From: Octopus sinensis
Lineage: Eukaryota
Length of the DNA: 64,000 nt
NCBI RefSeq assembly: GCF_006345805.1
Contig: NC_043008.1
Span: 55,118,001 to 55,182,000 of the forward strand
Direction: 5' to 3'
Notes under the pieces: generated by a model
What the model was told of the DNA's origin: nothing
What the model saw: only the letters and a program-made list of their open reading frames with translations
Databases searched by the model: none
Program-made: the position numbers and the translations under genes
In this document: piece after piece, positions 26,051-37,532 of the stretch
How the letters are laid out: every line of letters starts with the position of its first letter
Position numbering within the stretch: the first letter of the stretch is position 1

Positions 26051-26904
26051 GACAACATATATACTTAGTGCATATGTGTGTGTATAATATACATCTGTAT
26101 GTGTGTGTATATGCATGTATGTGTGTGTATGTATGCATGCATGTATGTATGTGTATACCTATGTATGTTGTGTGTGTGTGTGATATCCATGTGTGTATGT
26201 GGCTGCTGACCTGATCAGATAGTTAAAAAGTAGGCTTTGCAATTATAAATTTTCAGGTTCACTCTCACTTTATGGCATGATGAACAAGTGTGTTTTACCG
26301 CAGTCTCAGACCTAGCCATACCTTGTGAGTGAAACTTGAATGATGGAAACTGTGTGGAAGCCTGCGTTATACCTGTAATTTTAAAGGTCTAGCTGATCAC
26401 ATATTATGTCACCGAGTCACCTTGAGGATTATGTAACGGTTACACATGCCTGTGGAATACGCAGCCACTTATATTGGGATTCACTGAGCTGTCGTATTGA
26501 TTGAAAAACTGGAATATTCTGTTGTACCAACAGACATCCATATTTTCATCTAATTAAGGCCTCTGGTGCAGTGTGGGTGCTGATGAGAAGGCTTCTACAC
26601 AATCGCTTGACCTGCTAGTAATAGCAGCCAAACCTTCAAACTTCTCTATACATCATCATTGTTTTGGTATCCACTTTTCCATGTGTGCATGAGTCAAGCG
26701 GAATTTGTTGAGGGAGATTTTCAGTGACTGGGTGTCTTTCCTCTTGCCAATCATAAGCTCTTTCCAAGCAGGCTAATGTTTCCTCATGGCCAGACACGTT
26801 TGCAAAAGATAAGAAAACAAAGGACTCTGCTTATATGAGGGTTACAGTCAGTAACAACTATCATATGAGGTCAGAACTATGAGACATGAGCACGCACGCA
26901 TACA

Positions 26905-27150
26905 CATGACAAGGTGCAGGTGTGACTGTAGTAAGTTCATGTCCCAACATAATTTTGGATTCAATCCCACTGCATGGCACCACCTTGGGCAAGTATCTGC
27001 TATTATAGTCTTGGGCCATCCAAAGCCTTGTAAGTAGATTTGGTTGATGGAAACTGAAAGAAGCCCTAAGTATATAAATGTGTGTGCTACTTTGAACCTG
27101 AAACCATATGGTTGGGAAGTAAACTTCTTAACCATATAACCATGCCTGTC
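26905..27150. mobile_element. Diverged SINE-A head fragments in both orientations
   Basis: ccttgggcaagtatctg...ggaaactgaaagaagccc (+), then ttgaacctgaaaccatatggttgg...accatgcctg (-). Confidence 0.5.
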
Positions 27151-28025
27151 GTCTTAAGAACAGGTGACTCTGTGGGTAATTCATTAGGATATAATAACCC
27201 AAGAAAAAGGGGGAGGTGGTCATGTATGGAAGGCTGGTCAGAAAATAAAACAGATTCCTCAGCGAAAACTATAGCAGTATATTATCTTTGTTGTCTCTGT
27301 TGTTTAGCTTATGGTTGGTTTTATCTAGCAGGCATATGATCAGAAGCGTTTCCATCCACGGCCATCCCTTCTTTTTGTACAATAGGGACTACATGCCATT
27401 TCTATTGGGTTGAGTGACTGTATATGTAGAAGCTTCCTCATTGGCTTGCCATTGTACTTGATAGTGGGAGCTTCTCCAGCTTGGTCAATTAAATCTGATG
27501 AACTATTCAGTAATTTTTTTTTATCAATCTAACAACTGTTCCCTTTCCTGGAATGTCCCCTCTTTCTTTCTTCCCTTACCTTGTTTTATATGTACAGCTT
27601 GGTGAGATAGCAGAGAAAGAGAGAAATTGGGTAACCGAAGTGGTGGTGGGGGGAAGACAATTCTTTCTTTATCACTAGCCTTCCTTGCCTGAAGAAACAA
27701 CTCTAAGCTAGCAAGCAGGATGTAAAGACTTCATACATACATCAAACAACAACTATCTAACAATCTGTTCATTCATTGTGACAAAATAAACCAATAAGCC
27801 TTGCCAGCAAAAATGTTCATGCGACATACCTACCTACCTTACACTCTATACATACACACCTACCTACATATGTATCTAATACATACATTTGTATGTACCT
27901 ACATACAAACATACCTATATATATATATATATAGGGGTGGTGGTTTATGTACCTACCAACCTATATACATACATGCCTTCATACAAACATACATACTGTG
28001 TGCAGACACATCTGCAGATATATAT

Positions 28026-28086
<61 letters not shown>

Positions 28087-28289
28087 AAATAGAAAGATGA
28101 ATAATCTTGTAGTAGATTAATCAAAAGTTTAACCGATACCTTAGTAGCAAAAATCACAGCAGTGAACAGCACGGTTGGAGGTACAACCATCTGGCGTAGC
28201 AACCGTGCGTTGGTGCGGATAATTGAAATTTAAACATTATTGGTGAATTGAAGAAATGGAGCTGAACGCAGATTGAACAGAAATCGTTT

Positions 28290-28383
28290 TATTTCATTCT
28301 ACACGTGTTTCGAAAGGCACAAATTACCAAAATCCGATTGAATAATGGGACCATATTGTGTCTTTCTCTTCAGGAAGAAAAAA
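28290..28383 (-). ncRNA. Type I hammerhead ribozyme motif (left arm of the inverted repeat)
   Basis: Exact mirror of 28522-28615. Confidence 0.65.
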
Positions 28384-28521
28384 GGAAATCCGTTGGAAAA
28401 ACAAAAACAGAACAGAGGCAGAGCAAAAAACAACAAATCGAACTGTGCTCCTAAGAGCCCATGGCGAAACTGTGTTTTTTGCTCTGCCTCTGTTCTGTTT
28501 TTGTTTTTCCAACGGATTTCC

Positions 28522-28615
28522 TTTTTTCTTCCTGAAGAGAAAGACACAATATGGTCCCATTATTCAATCGGATTTTGGTAATTTGTGCCTTTCGAAACAC
28601 GTGTAGAATGAAATA
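28522..28615 (+). ncRNA. Type I hammerhead ribozyme motif (right arm of the inverted repeat)
   Basis: ttc-CTGAAGA-[GAAAGACACAA 28539-49 / TTGTGCCTTTC 28583-93, 10 of 11 bp]-GAAAC-ACGT-GTA-gaa. All core nucleotides are present; predicted cleavage after 28605. Confidence 0.65.
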
Positions 28616-28669
28616 AAACGATTTCTGTTCAATCTGCGTTCAGCTCCATTTCTTCAATTCACCAATAAT

Positions 28670-28706
<37 letters not shown>

Positions 28707-29144
28707 CAGTGTTGATATGTATGAAATGAGATGAGGAAAGAAGGTTTTTATAAAAGAAAGATAAAGGGCAACATATCCAGATGCTTGAAGAAGTGTCTTG
28801 TACAAAAATGGGGTTGTCAGATTGAGCTACAAGTAGCAAATTACACTATTTTCTTTTCACCACTGCATGGCACTAGCTTTTTGTGGGGTAGAAGGTAGCT
28901 GGGGAGTGGCTATGTTAAAATTTTAATCTTTTTAAGGTAAGACATACTGCTAACTGTCTTATTAAATTATACACCAAGTAAATTGTAAGTGACCCAAAAG
29001 CAATCCATATATATATATATATATATATATATATCAATAATAACAAATGGTAAAATTAATTAATTAAGAAGTAATCAATAATTTCACCAAGTAGAATTTG
29101 GCATGAAAAAAGGACCATTTCATGGTAAACTTAAGTAATACTTA

Positions 29145-29207
29145 ATAATTAGGGTTCAGCAAAGATTTGGTAGGTGGTAAAGCAAATCTTTGCTGAACCC
29201 TAATTAT
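29145..29207. repeat. 25-bp perfect inverted repeat with 13-nt loop
   Basis: ataattagggttcagcaaagatttg-gtaggtggtaaag-caaatctttgctgaaccctaattat. Confidence 0.9.
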
Positions 29208-29211
29208 AAAG

Positions 29212-29239
<28 letters not shown>

Positions 29240-29244
<5 letters not shown>

Positions 29245-29600
29245 AGTTAGATGCATAAAAACTATCTAAGGGATAGATGTATCCAGAGGCACTCCTGGTA
29301 TGGTAATTGCCTCAGTGTGTATAATCTTTGTTATAAGGTATATGGTAGTGGGTAATTTAAAGGTAAACCGTAGTTTAATGTATATATAGGTGATAAGAAA
29401 ATGGAGAAATAAATAACAATGAGACGTGGATCTTTGGTGTTATAAAGCCATTATTTAATTAAGTAAGCTGGGAGTATAATAGAGTAAGTTTACAGCTGTT
29501 TCCATATATCACGCTGGGGTAAATATGTATTTACCTCGTTACAATTGATATACATCATCAGAATGAAGAAAGCAAAGATAAACAAAAGGGAATAGAGAGA
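29240..29600 (-). mobile_element. Probable Penelope-like remnant carrying a hammerhead-like motif (core 29491-29561)
   Basis: Reverse strand reads tt-CTGATGA-TGTATATCA...TGATATATG-GAAAC-AGCT-GTA-aa and abuts (TA)n. Stem I is only 2 bp and the 10.1-11.1 pair is U-G. Confidence 0.45.
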
Positions 29601-30859
29601 AAGAAAGTGTAAGTAAAAAGCAGGAAGAAGAAAATGTTCAATAATTTAATAATCTTGCATATTAGTTATTTTAAAAACTACAATACAAAGGACACCCTCT
29701 GAGGAATAACACCTACCAAAAAACAATCTAAAGGACCTACTATACAAACTGAAATTGCCAAAGGGAATTATTGTACACTCTGATAAAACCTGGAATTCAT
29801 ACATTTTGGATATTCACAACAACCAAGTTTCAGGTTCAATCCTAATGCACAGCACTTGGGGCAAATGTGTTTTCCTATTGCTCTAGGCTGACCGATGCCT
29901 TGTGAAACTATATAGAAGCCCTTCGTGTGTGTGTGTGAGTGAGTGAGTGTATACATGTATGTGAGTCTTTCTGTTTCTTTTACTGTTGGTTTGCATCCCT
30001 ACCATTTAGCAGTTCAGTGTGATAATTAGAGGTCAATACGGATAGCACCAGACATAAATTAAATCAGTACCAGACATTAATTAAGTCCTGATGTCACTTT
30101 TACCAGCTAATCCTTACATGAAAATAAATTAGCATATTCCCATTTTAACGACTGAAAAACAACTAAAAATAAAATGAATGTGTGTGTGTGTGTGTTTAAT
30201 TTATTAGCAACATGAAAATTTGGGGCTACTTTCTAAATCAGTCTTTATTTTAAAAAAAATTGTGCTACTTTTCATTAAATTGTTCTTGTAACTCTGTACA
30301 AACATTTTTTCTTTTTTTCTGCTTCAACCTGGTTTTCAAAATGAACTGTCAGAGATGTACAAGTTGTGTTAAAAGGATGTTGGTTTTTCAGTAGGGTCAC
30401 CTACATCTAGGTTAACAGACATGATAGCATGGTGGCCATATTAGTGGTCAGTGTGATGGTTGTTGTCATTGTTGTGGTGGTGGTGGTTTAGTTCATCTCT
30501 GATCAAAAATATTCTAACTGTGAAACATTCTCGCCTTTTATTCAGAACCACATTTTTATGTATACTTCCCATTCTAAGGTGGTAGGCTGTGATTTGAGGG
30601 TGATTTAGCTGCTGCTTCTAGCAACTCAAGCAACCACACTATTGCTTGGGAACCACTGGTTTAAGTTTTAAGTAGTACCTGTGTCTTGAGGGCAAGTTTT
30701 GTAGAGAAGAATGACTTTGTTTTGATTTGATCCCATTAAGAAGATTGCTAGAGAAACTGTAAATTTGCCACGGATGAGGTTCATGATCATTGATGCCCAT
30801 TAATTAAGTACTAGCGGCACCTATGAATATTTCACGGAATTAATGGTAAACCTACTGGG

Positions 30860-30985
30860 TTCATCATCATCATCATCATCGTTTAACGTCTGCTTTCCAT
30901 GCTGGCATGGGTTGGATGGTTTGACTGAGAACTGGCAAGCCAGATGGCTGCACCGGGCTCCAATCTGATTTGGCAGAGTTTCTTT
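30860..30985 (-). mobile_element. Family C LINE extreme 3' end
   Basis: (cat)n cgtttaacgtctgctttccatgctggcatgggttgg... Confidence 0.75.
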
Positions 30986-32202
30986 TGAAAACTTTATCCA
31001 AAAAACCTGAAAGCGTAGCCTGTGTTGTGTCTGTTTGGGAAGAGAGTTGCTTATCTGCTATTCATTGAAAAGTGAAAGAAATTGGAATGTGATGATTACT
31101 TAATGCACATATATATATACACTTTATATACTTTATGGCACAATTTTATTAACTTAATACTCTGCACTCATAAAATAAATATTCAGTCTTATTTTTCCAT
31201 TTTCCCCATAAACAAAAAAAAATATCCTATACATATGATACAACCTTTAGTTAAATTGCATATATCTGTCAGGTAAATAAGTGTGAATATTTCACAGAAT
31301 TGCACTTATGCACATGCATTAAGTGATAGTTGATATAAAAATGCTTTGTTCAATTAAAAAGAATAATACACTTTTTAGTATCTGATTACCATCACCATCA
31401 TCAACTCTCTTTCTCCCTCCTCTCACTTCCTCCTCTCTCTCCCTCTCTCTGTTTCACTCTTCGCCTTATCTTCTTTTTCTCTCCTTTTTATTTCTCCTTT
31501 CTTTCCCTTCAGCTAATCATGTGAAAGTGTTCCAGTTACATTCCCTCTACCTCATGTCATGGGCGCTTCTGTCTCCCACTTTTTCTCTAATCACGTGAAA
31601 GTGTTATGGATGGGCTAAGTAACACAGTGACAAGCAGAATTATTATAAGATACCCCACGAAGAGAAAAAGAACAGCATGTTCTTTTAACCTCCATTTCTT
31701 GATAGTATCTATTTGCAGTTGGGTGCTCTGAGTAATTGCACAATCTACATAGGATTAACAAGAGAAGCTTCAACTGACAGCTGTCTTAGACAAATATGAA
31801 AATAATCCATCCACAAGCTATGAGACTCTGATAATAAAAACAACAACAAATTGAAATGCAGTAACATTTGGTTGCATCGTTTACTTTTTAATGGTATGTT
31901 TCTGATGCCATCTGTTCCCTACTGTAAAAATCCTTGTTAAATATGCACAGGTTGGTGGTAGTGGCAGTAGTGATGGTGAAGTAGATTTGATACTACTTTT
32001 TAAATTTGTTAACGAGTCTGTTATTGATCACTGCTTTTTATTTATGCGTATTTTCAATGGTTTTTCTTGTGTTTTTGTTTTTTTTTATGAGTATTATTCT
32101 TTTATTCTCTTGCTTGTTTCAACCATTTGATTGCAGCCATGCTGGAGTACTCACTGCCTTGGAGGGTTTAATCAAATAAATTGACTCCAGTATCTATTTT
32201 AA

Positions 32203-32423
32203 CCCTTTAGCATTTAAACCGGCCATATCCGGCCAAAAGTATTCTGCCTATTTTATGCTCAAACTGGCCAGATCTGGTCTCTCATACCAGCCCTACAATA
32301 TCGTTTTAAAAATTAACAGCTACCTCATCAAAATCTCATAGCACCAAGATAATGCTTGATTAGTTCAAGGCAACGCGGATAAAAAAGGACTAATTTGGGC
32401 AGAATAATGTGAACACTAAAGGG
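32203..32423. mobile_element. piggyBac-like MITE
   Basis: TTAA-ccctttagc ... cactaaaggg-TTAA. Related to 4433-4608 and inserted in a decayed SINE-A tail. Confidence 0.75.
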
Positions 32424-32670
32424 TTAAAGCTGGTAATTACTCTGTTAGTCTCTGTTTGCCAGATGGCTAAGTTAAGAGGATATAAAGAAACCAATCCAAA
32501 CTGTCGAGCTGTGAGAGTCAAAGATAAACATGCACAGACATATGCGCACTTAATCCAGCGAGTAAAGTATTGAAAATAACCGTTAACTGATATGGATGTA
32601 TAAACGCCCTCGGGCAATCAGCATGGCACTAGTACACATGCTCATGCAAGCATTAGCAAAAATGTGAGCA

Positions 32671-33082
32671 TAGGCGCAGGAGTGGCTGTGTGGTAAGTAG
32701 CTTGCTTACCAACCACATGGTTCCGGGTTCAGTCCCACTGCATGGCATCTTGGGCAAGTGTCTTCTGCTATAGCCCTGGGCCGACCAAAGCCTTGTGAGT
32801 GGATTTGGTAGATGGAAACTGAAAGAAGCCCGTCGTATATATGTATATATATATATATGCGTGTTTGTGTGTCTGTGTTTGTCCCCCTAGCATTGCTTGA
32901 CAACCGATGCTGGTGTGTTTACATCCCCGTCACTTAGCGGTTCGGCAAAAGAGACCGATAGAATTAGTACTGGGATTACAAAGAATAAGTCCCGGGGTCG
33001 GTTTGCTCGACTAAAGGCGGTGCTCCAGCATGGCCACAGTCAAATGGCTGAAACAAGTAAAAAAGTAAAACGAGTAAAGAGT
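32671..33082 (+). mobile_element. SINE-A, full length
   Basis: Near-consensus copy from ggcgcaggagtggc to gtaaaacgagtaaagag. Confidence 0.85.
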
Positions 33083-33317
33083 ATATGCACATGGGAGGTT
33101 AGGCACACTCATAATTACAAAGCGAGTTAGATATTTAATAGGTGTTTAGAAGAATGGGGAGGTTTGAAGTAAATTTAAGTCATCCATACCTTAAAATAAA
33201 ATAAAATAAAATTATACTAAGTTAACGGTCACTCAAAATTTATTCTCACAGCATTGTGCAAAAGTACATTTATATATGTGTAGGTATCTCGATAGTCTTT
33301 CAGAAATTCTATTAATA

Positions 33318-33918
33318 TCTAGCGAGCTGGCTGAATCGTTAGCATGCCGGGCAAAATGCTTAGCAGTATTTCGTCTGCCGCTACGTTCTTAGTTCAAATT
33401 CCGCCGAGGTCGACTTTGCCTTTCATCCTTTCAGGGTCGATTAAATAAGTACCAGTTACGCACTGGGGTCAATGTAATCGGCTTAATCCGTTTGTCTGTC
33501 CTTGATTGTCCTCTCTGTGTGTAGCCCCTTGTGGGCAGTAAAGAAATAGGTATTTCATTTGCTGCTACGTTCTGAGTTCAAATTCCGCCGAGATCGACTT
33601 TGCCTTTCATCCTTTCAGGATCGATTAAATAAGTACCAGTTACGCACTGGGGTCGATGTAATCGGCTTAATCCGTTTGTCTGTCCTTGTTTGTCCTCTCT
33701 GTGTGTAGTCCCTTGTGGGTAGTAAAGAAATAGGTATTTCATCTGCCGCTACGTTCTGAGTTCAAATTCCGCCGAGGTCGACTTTGCCTTTCATCCTTTC
33801 GGGGTCGATTAAATAAGTACCAGTTACGCACTGGGGTTGATATAATCGACTTAATCTGTTTGTCTGTCCTTGCTTGTCCTCTCTGTGTTTAGCCCCTTGT
33901 GGGTAGTAAAGAAATAGT
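33318..33918 (+). mobile_element. SINE-B trimer (one head plus three 184-bp units)
   Basis: Units start gtatttc at 33366, 33550 and 33734, and each ends gtaaagaaatag. Confidence 0.85.
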
Positions 33919-34799
33919 TATTTCACCTGTGTGTATGTTTTATAAAGGTAATGCTCCAGCATGGCCGCAGTCAAATGACTGGAACAAGCAATAAGAAAGT
34001 AAAGAGTATTAGTCCACAGAATAGAGAGGGATTCCTCGGAGCAGAGACGACATCTCCTGGAAATTGCGCTGTATGGTTTTGTGTGTGTGTGTGTGTGTGT
34101 AATGTGTGGTTTCTTCCTGCTGATTTTATTCCCGAGCCATTTTGAACACCCAAGAGTTGACTCTGCAAGATTACATCTTGAATTGTGTTGGCTGCAGAGA
34201 TAACAACTTAACTGTGTCGCCATTGAATTTTACATGCTTTTCTGATGACTATTTGTTCTGATAAATTACATTATCACAAAATACTATCTAGATCATGCTG
34301 TAAAACTGAACAACAAATACCAAAAATCCTTCATCTTTTTCTATTCAAAGGATTTTAAACCAATATTCACGTTTTTATTTATAGCTTTATTTGCTTTGAA
34401 ATTCACTGTTCTTATAAAAGAGTGTGTGTGAGTGTGTGAGAGAGAAAGAGAAAGGCAAAAGGTTTACTTCCACACAAGTAGGAATATAAGAGAATTGGTT
34501 TTGGAGTTGAAAATGCATTTGAGTTTTAAATCAAATTCTAGTTGTTTTTTTTTTTTTTATTTAAGACTTTTACAAATTTATCAAAATTCTATACTGGTTC
34601 CTGCAATTTTCTTTTGTTGTTTTGTTTTACAGTGGCAAATAAAAAGCAAGATAAAAGTTTTAAAGTATATGAATGCACAGGAAAAAACTTCTGTAATAAT
34701 AAAGCATACTAAAAAAAAAAAAAGGAAAGCACTTTATGAAATTTAAAGTATTCAGCAAGTTTCATAGCAGTTCAGTTGTTCAATAGATTTCAAAGCAAT

Positions 34800-35410
34800 A
34801 AGTTATATTGGTTTTGACTTTTGGCACAAGACCAGCGATTTCAAGAGAGGGGGCTAGTTGCTTACATTTGACTCTAGTATTCAACCGGTACTTATTTATC
34901 AACCCCAAGAATGAAAGGTAAAGTTGACCTCAGCAGAATTTGAACTCAGAATGTAAAAAAAAAAAACAGACAAAATGCCTAGTGGCGTTTTGCCTGGCAC
35001 AGTAACAATTCTGCCAGATCGCCACCTTGGTTTCAAATATTGGCCCAACACCAGCAATTATGGGAGAGGAATTAGTTGATTACATCAACCCCAGTGCTCA
35101 ACTGATACTTATTTCTATTGACCCCTGAAGGATGAAAGACAAAGTCAACCTCAATAGCATTTGAGCCCAGAACAAAAAGACAGATGAAATACCTATTTCT
35201 TTACTACCCACAAGGGGCTAAACAAAGAGAGGACAAACAAGGACAGACAAACGGATTGTCGGTTATATCGACCCCAGTGTGTAACTGGTACTTATTTAAT
35301 CAACCCCAAAAGGATGAAAGGCAAAGTCGACCTCAGTGGAATTTGAACTCTGAACAAAAAGACAGATAAAATATCACTAAGCATTTTGTCTGGTGTGCTA
35401 ATGATTCTGC
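34800..35410 (-). mobile_element. Cluster of SINE-B copies including a dimer
   Basis: gacagatgaaatac|ctatttctttactaccc at about 35180-35200 is the reverse complement of the same gaaatag|gtatttc junction. Confidence 0.7.
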
Positions 35411-36173
35411 CAGATTAGAGCAGTTAGTCATGTTAGCCTTTAGATATGATGAAACTTCTAAAAACTTTAAAAAACTATCTACAAGTTCTATCACATTGCG
35501 TGAAGGAGAATTATTTGTTGTTTGCTCTACTGGTGGAAACTTGAATTGTGTTTGAAACTAATATTTCTTTGTATATATTTATATATATATATATATATAA
35601 TATAAGATTTTAAGACAAAAGATCAAGTCCTGATTAGTTACTTACTCAATAACATCACTTGTATTGTTCACCTGTGACCTTGCTGGTTGACCATCTGAGG
35701 TATTTGTTTATCAAATGTCTTGGTCACTTGTTTTGTCCATTTGTAGTCCAGTGCTCTGATTGGTTGATTCTCAGTGGACTGAGTCACTTGTTTCTTTTCT
35801 GACTGTCATTCAGTGTTCCATTTGGTTGGTTACCTTAAGATGTCACTCGTTTTTCTGATGTCATGGTTAGCTGAATGTTTAATAGCACTTCTTGTTTTTA
35901 TTTTTCTCTCTTGAGGGTCTAGGTTTTGACCAAAAATGAAATCCAATTAGCCAATCTTAGGGTGACATCAGCAAATACTGTTGATAATTTCACACTGCTT
36001 TGAAGTTAAAGTTTAGAATCCTGGAGGAAACCTGTTACCTCAATTTTTGGTTTACCTTTATTATTTTGCTATGAAACTTTTTCCTGTGCATTCACTTTCT
36101 TTTAAACATTAATCTTTTTTTTTATTTTCCACAATTTGTTTTAAAAACTTAACATGCATTTTCAACCCCAAAA

Positions 36174-36215
<42 letters not shown>

Positions 36216-36249
36216 TTATATATGTATGTGTGTATATATATATATATAT

Positions 36250-36622
36250 TGGTAAGAGGCTTGTTTCCCACCCTCATAGTTCTGGGTTCAGTCCCACTGC
36301 ATGACACCTTGGGCAAGTGTCTTCTACTATAGCCTCGAGCCATCCGAAGTCTTGTGAGTGGATTTGGTAGACGGAAACTGAAAGAAGCCTGTCATATATA
36401 TATATATATGTGTGTGTATGTGTGTTTGTGTTTGTCTCTTGCCTATTGCTTGACAACCGGTGTTGGTGTGTTCATGTCCCTGTAACTTAGCGGTTTGGCG
36501 AAAGAAACCAAAAGAATAAGTACTAAGCTTACAAAGAGTAAGTCCTGGGGGTCGATTTCTTCAACTAAAGGTGGCGCTCCAGCATGGCCACAGTCAAATG
36601 ACTGAAAGAAGTAAAATAAAAG
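36250..36622 (+). mobile_element. SINE-A
   Basis: ctgggttcagtcccactgc...ggccacagtcaaatgactgaaagaag. Confidence 0.8.
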
Positions 36623-36744
36623 AATATATATATATTTGCACATACATAAATGATGATACTTGCCCAAGGTACTCTGCAGTGGGACCAAGCCCAAGTCTAT
36701 GTGATTGGGAAGTAACCCTACATAATAAGAACTGTTTATTATGT

Positions 36745-37145
36745 AGGTACAAGGCCTGAAATTTTGGGTACAGGGATTAATTGGTTATAGTGACTGGTAT
36801 TTTATATCATCAATGTTGGAAGCTGATTTTGGCAGGATCTGAACTCAGATTGTAAGGAACCTTAACAAACATCACAAGGCATTTTGATTTGCACCCTAAT
36901 GATTTCATTTATTCACTGCCCTATATAACAACTGTTTTTGATGAACTGAAATTTCAGTAGTTGTCATTGATATCACCCCACCAACCCTATCATGTGACTG
37001 GCCCTTTATTTTATCAGCCCCAGAAGGATAGAAGGCAAAGTTGACCTCAATCGGATTTGAACTCATAAAAATATATAAAGAGCCTGAACAAACAATGCAA
37101 GGTATTTCGTCCAACATTGTATCGATTCGGTCACTCCATCTTTTA
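36745..37145 (-). mobile_element. Two diverged SINE-B copies
   Basis: ggcctgaaattttgg..., aaggcaaagttgacctc...tttgaactc. Confidence 0.5.
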
Positions 37146-37227
37146 CTGATGTAAAAAGAAACCACCGTGTGTTTCATTATTGCTTGATTCTTCCATATGT
37201 GTTGTTGTTTTCTTTCTTTTTGTTGTT

Positions 37228-37532
37228 TGAGACAGCATTCACCCGGGGTCGGTTGAGCTGGCTTCATTCATCCTCAATGCTGCATCTCTCACAAACGCCG
37301 ACCAGGCCTGGTGGTTTGAGGCTAACAATCGTGTGATCTCCAACCACTCATTATTCCAGCAGCGAACGCCATAGACATGGGGGTTTAGGTTGGGTTCCAG
37401 ATCAGCCTTGACTGTCATCAGCCAGGTTTTTCATTGTCCACCACATTGCTTTCGCCAACCCTGAAGAGGAGCTGGGGCAATTGCTTTGTAGATGAATTCT
37501 CCTAGTTGACGACGCAGGGCATGACCCAGCCA
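37228..37532 (-). pseudogene. RTE-like LINE 3' end remnant, (caa)n-like tail
   Basis: The reverse strand encodes RWLGHALRRQLGEFIY.AIAPA...EWLEITR.LASNHQAWSAFVRDAALRMNEASST. Homologous to 53228-53635. Confidence 0.75.

Larger units (their letters stand above)
28231..28674. repeat. Perfect inverted repeat: 202-bp arms, 40-bp spacer
   Basis: 28231-28432 is the reverse complement of 28473-28674 with no mismatch found by eye. The ORF track shows identical peptides on both strands. (TA)n lies directly to the right and about 145 bp to the left. Confidence 0.95.

Noticed and set aside
28299-28606. Four ORFs with identical peptides on both strands
   Set aside because: They are a by-product of the inverted repeat; the peptides are low-complexity with no recognisable homology.
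34615-34710. Strong acceptor followed by ANKKQDKSFKVYECTGKNFCNNKAY*
   Set aside because: No good donor, no homology, and the surrounding sequence is A-rich low complexity.
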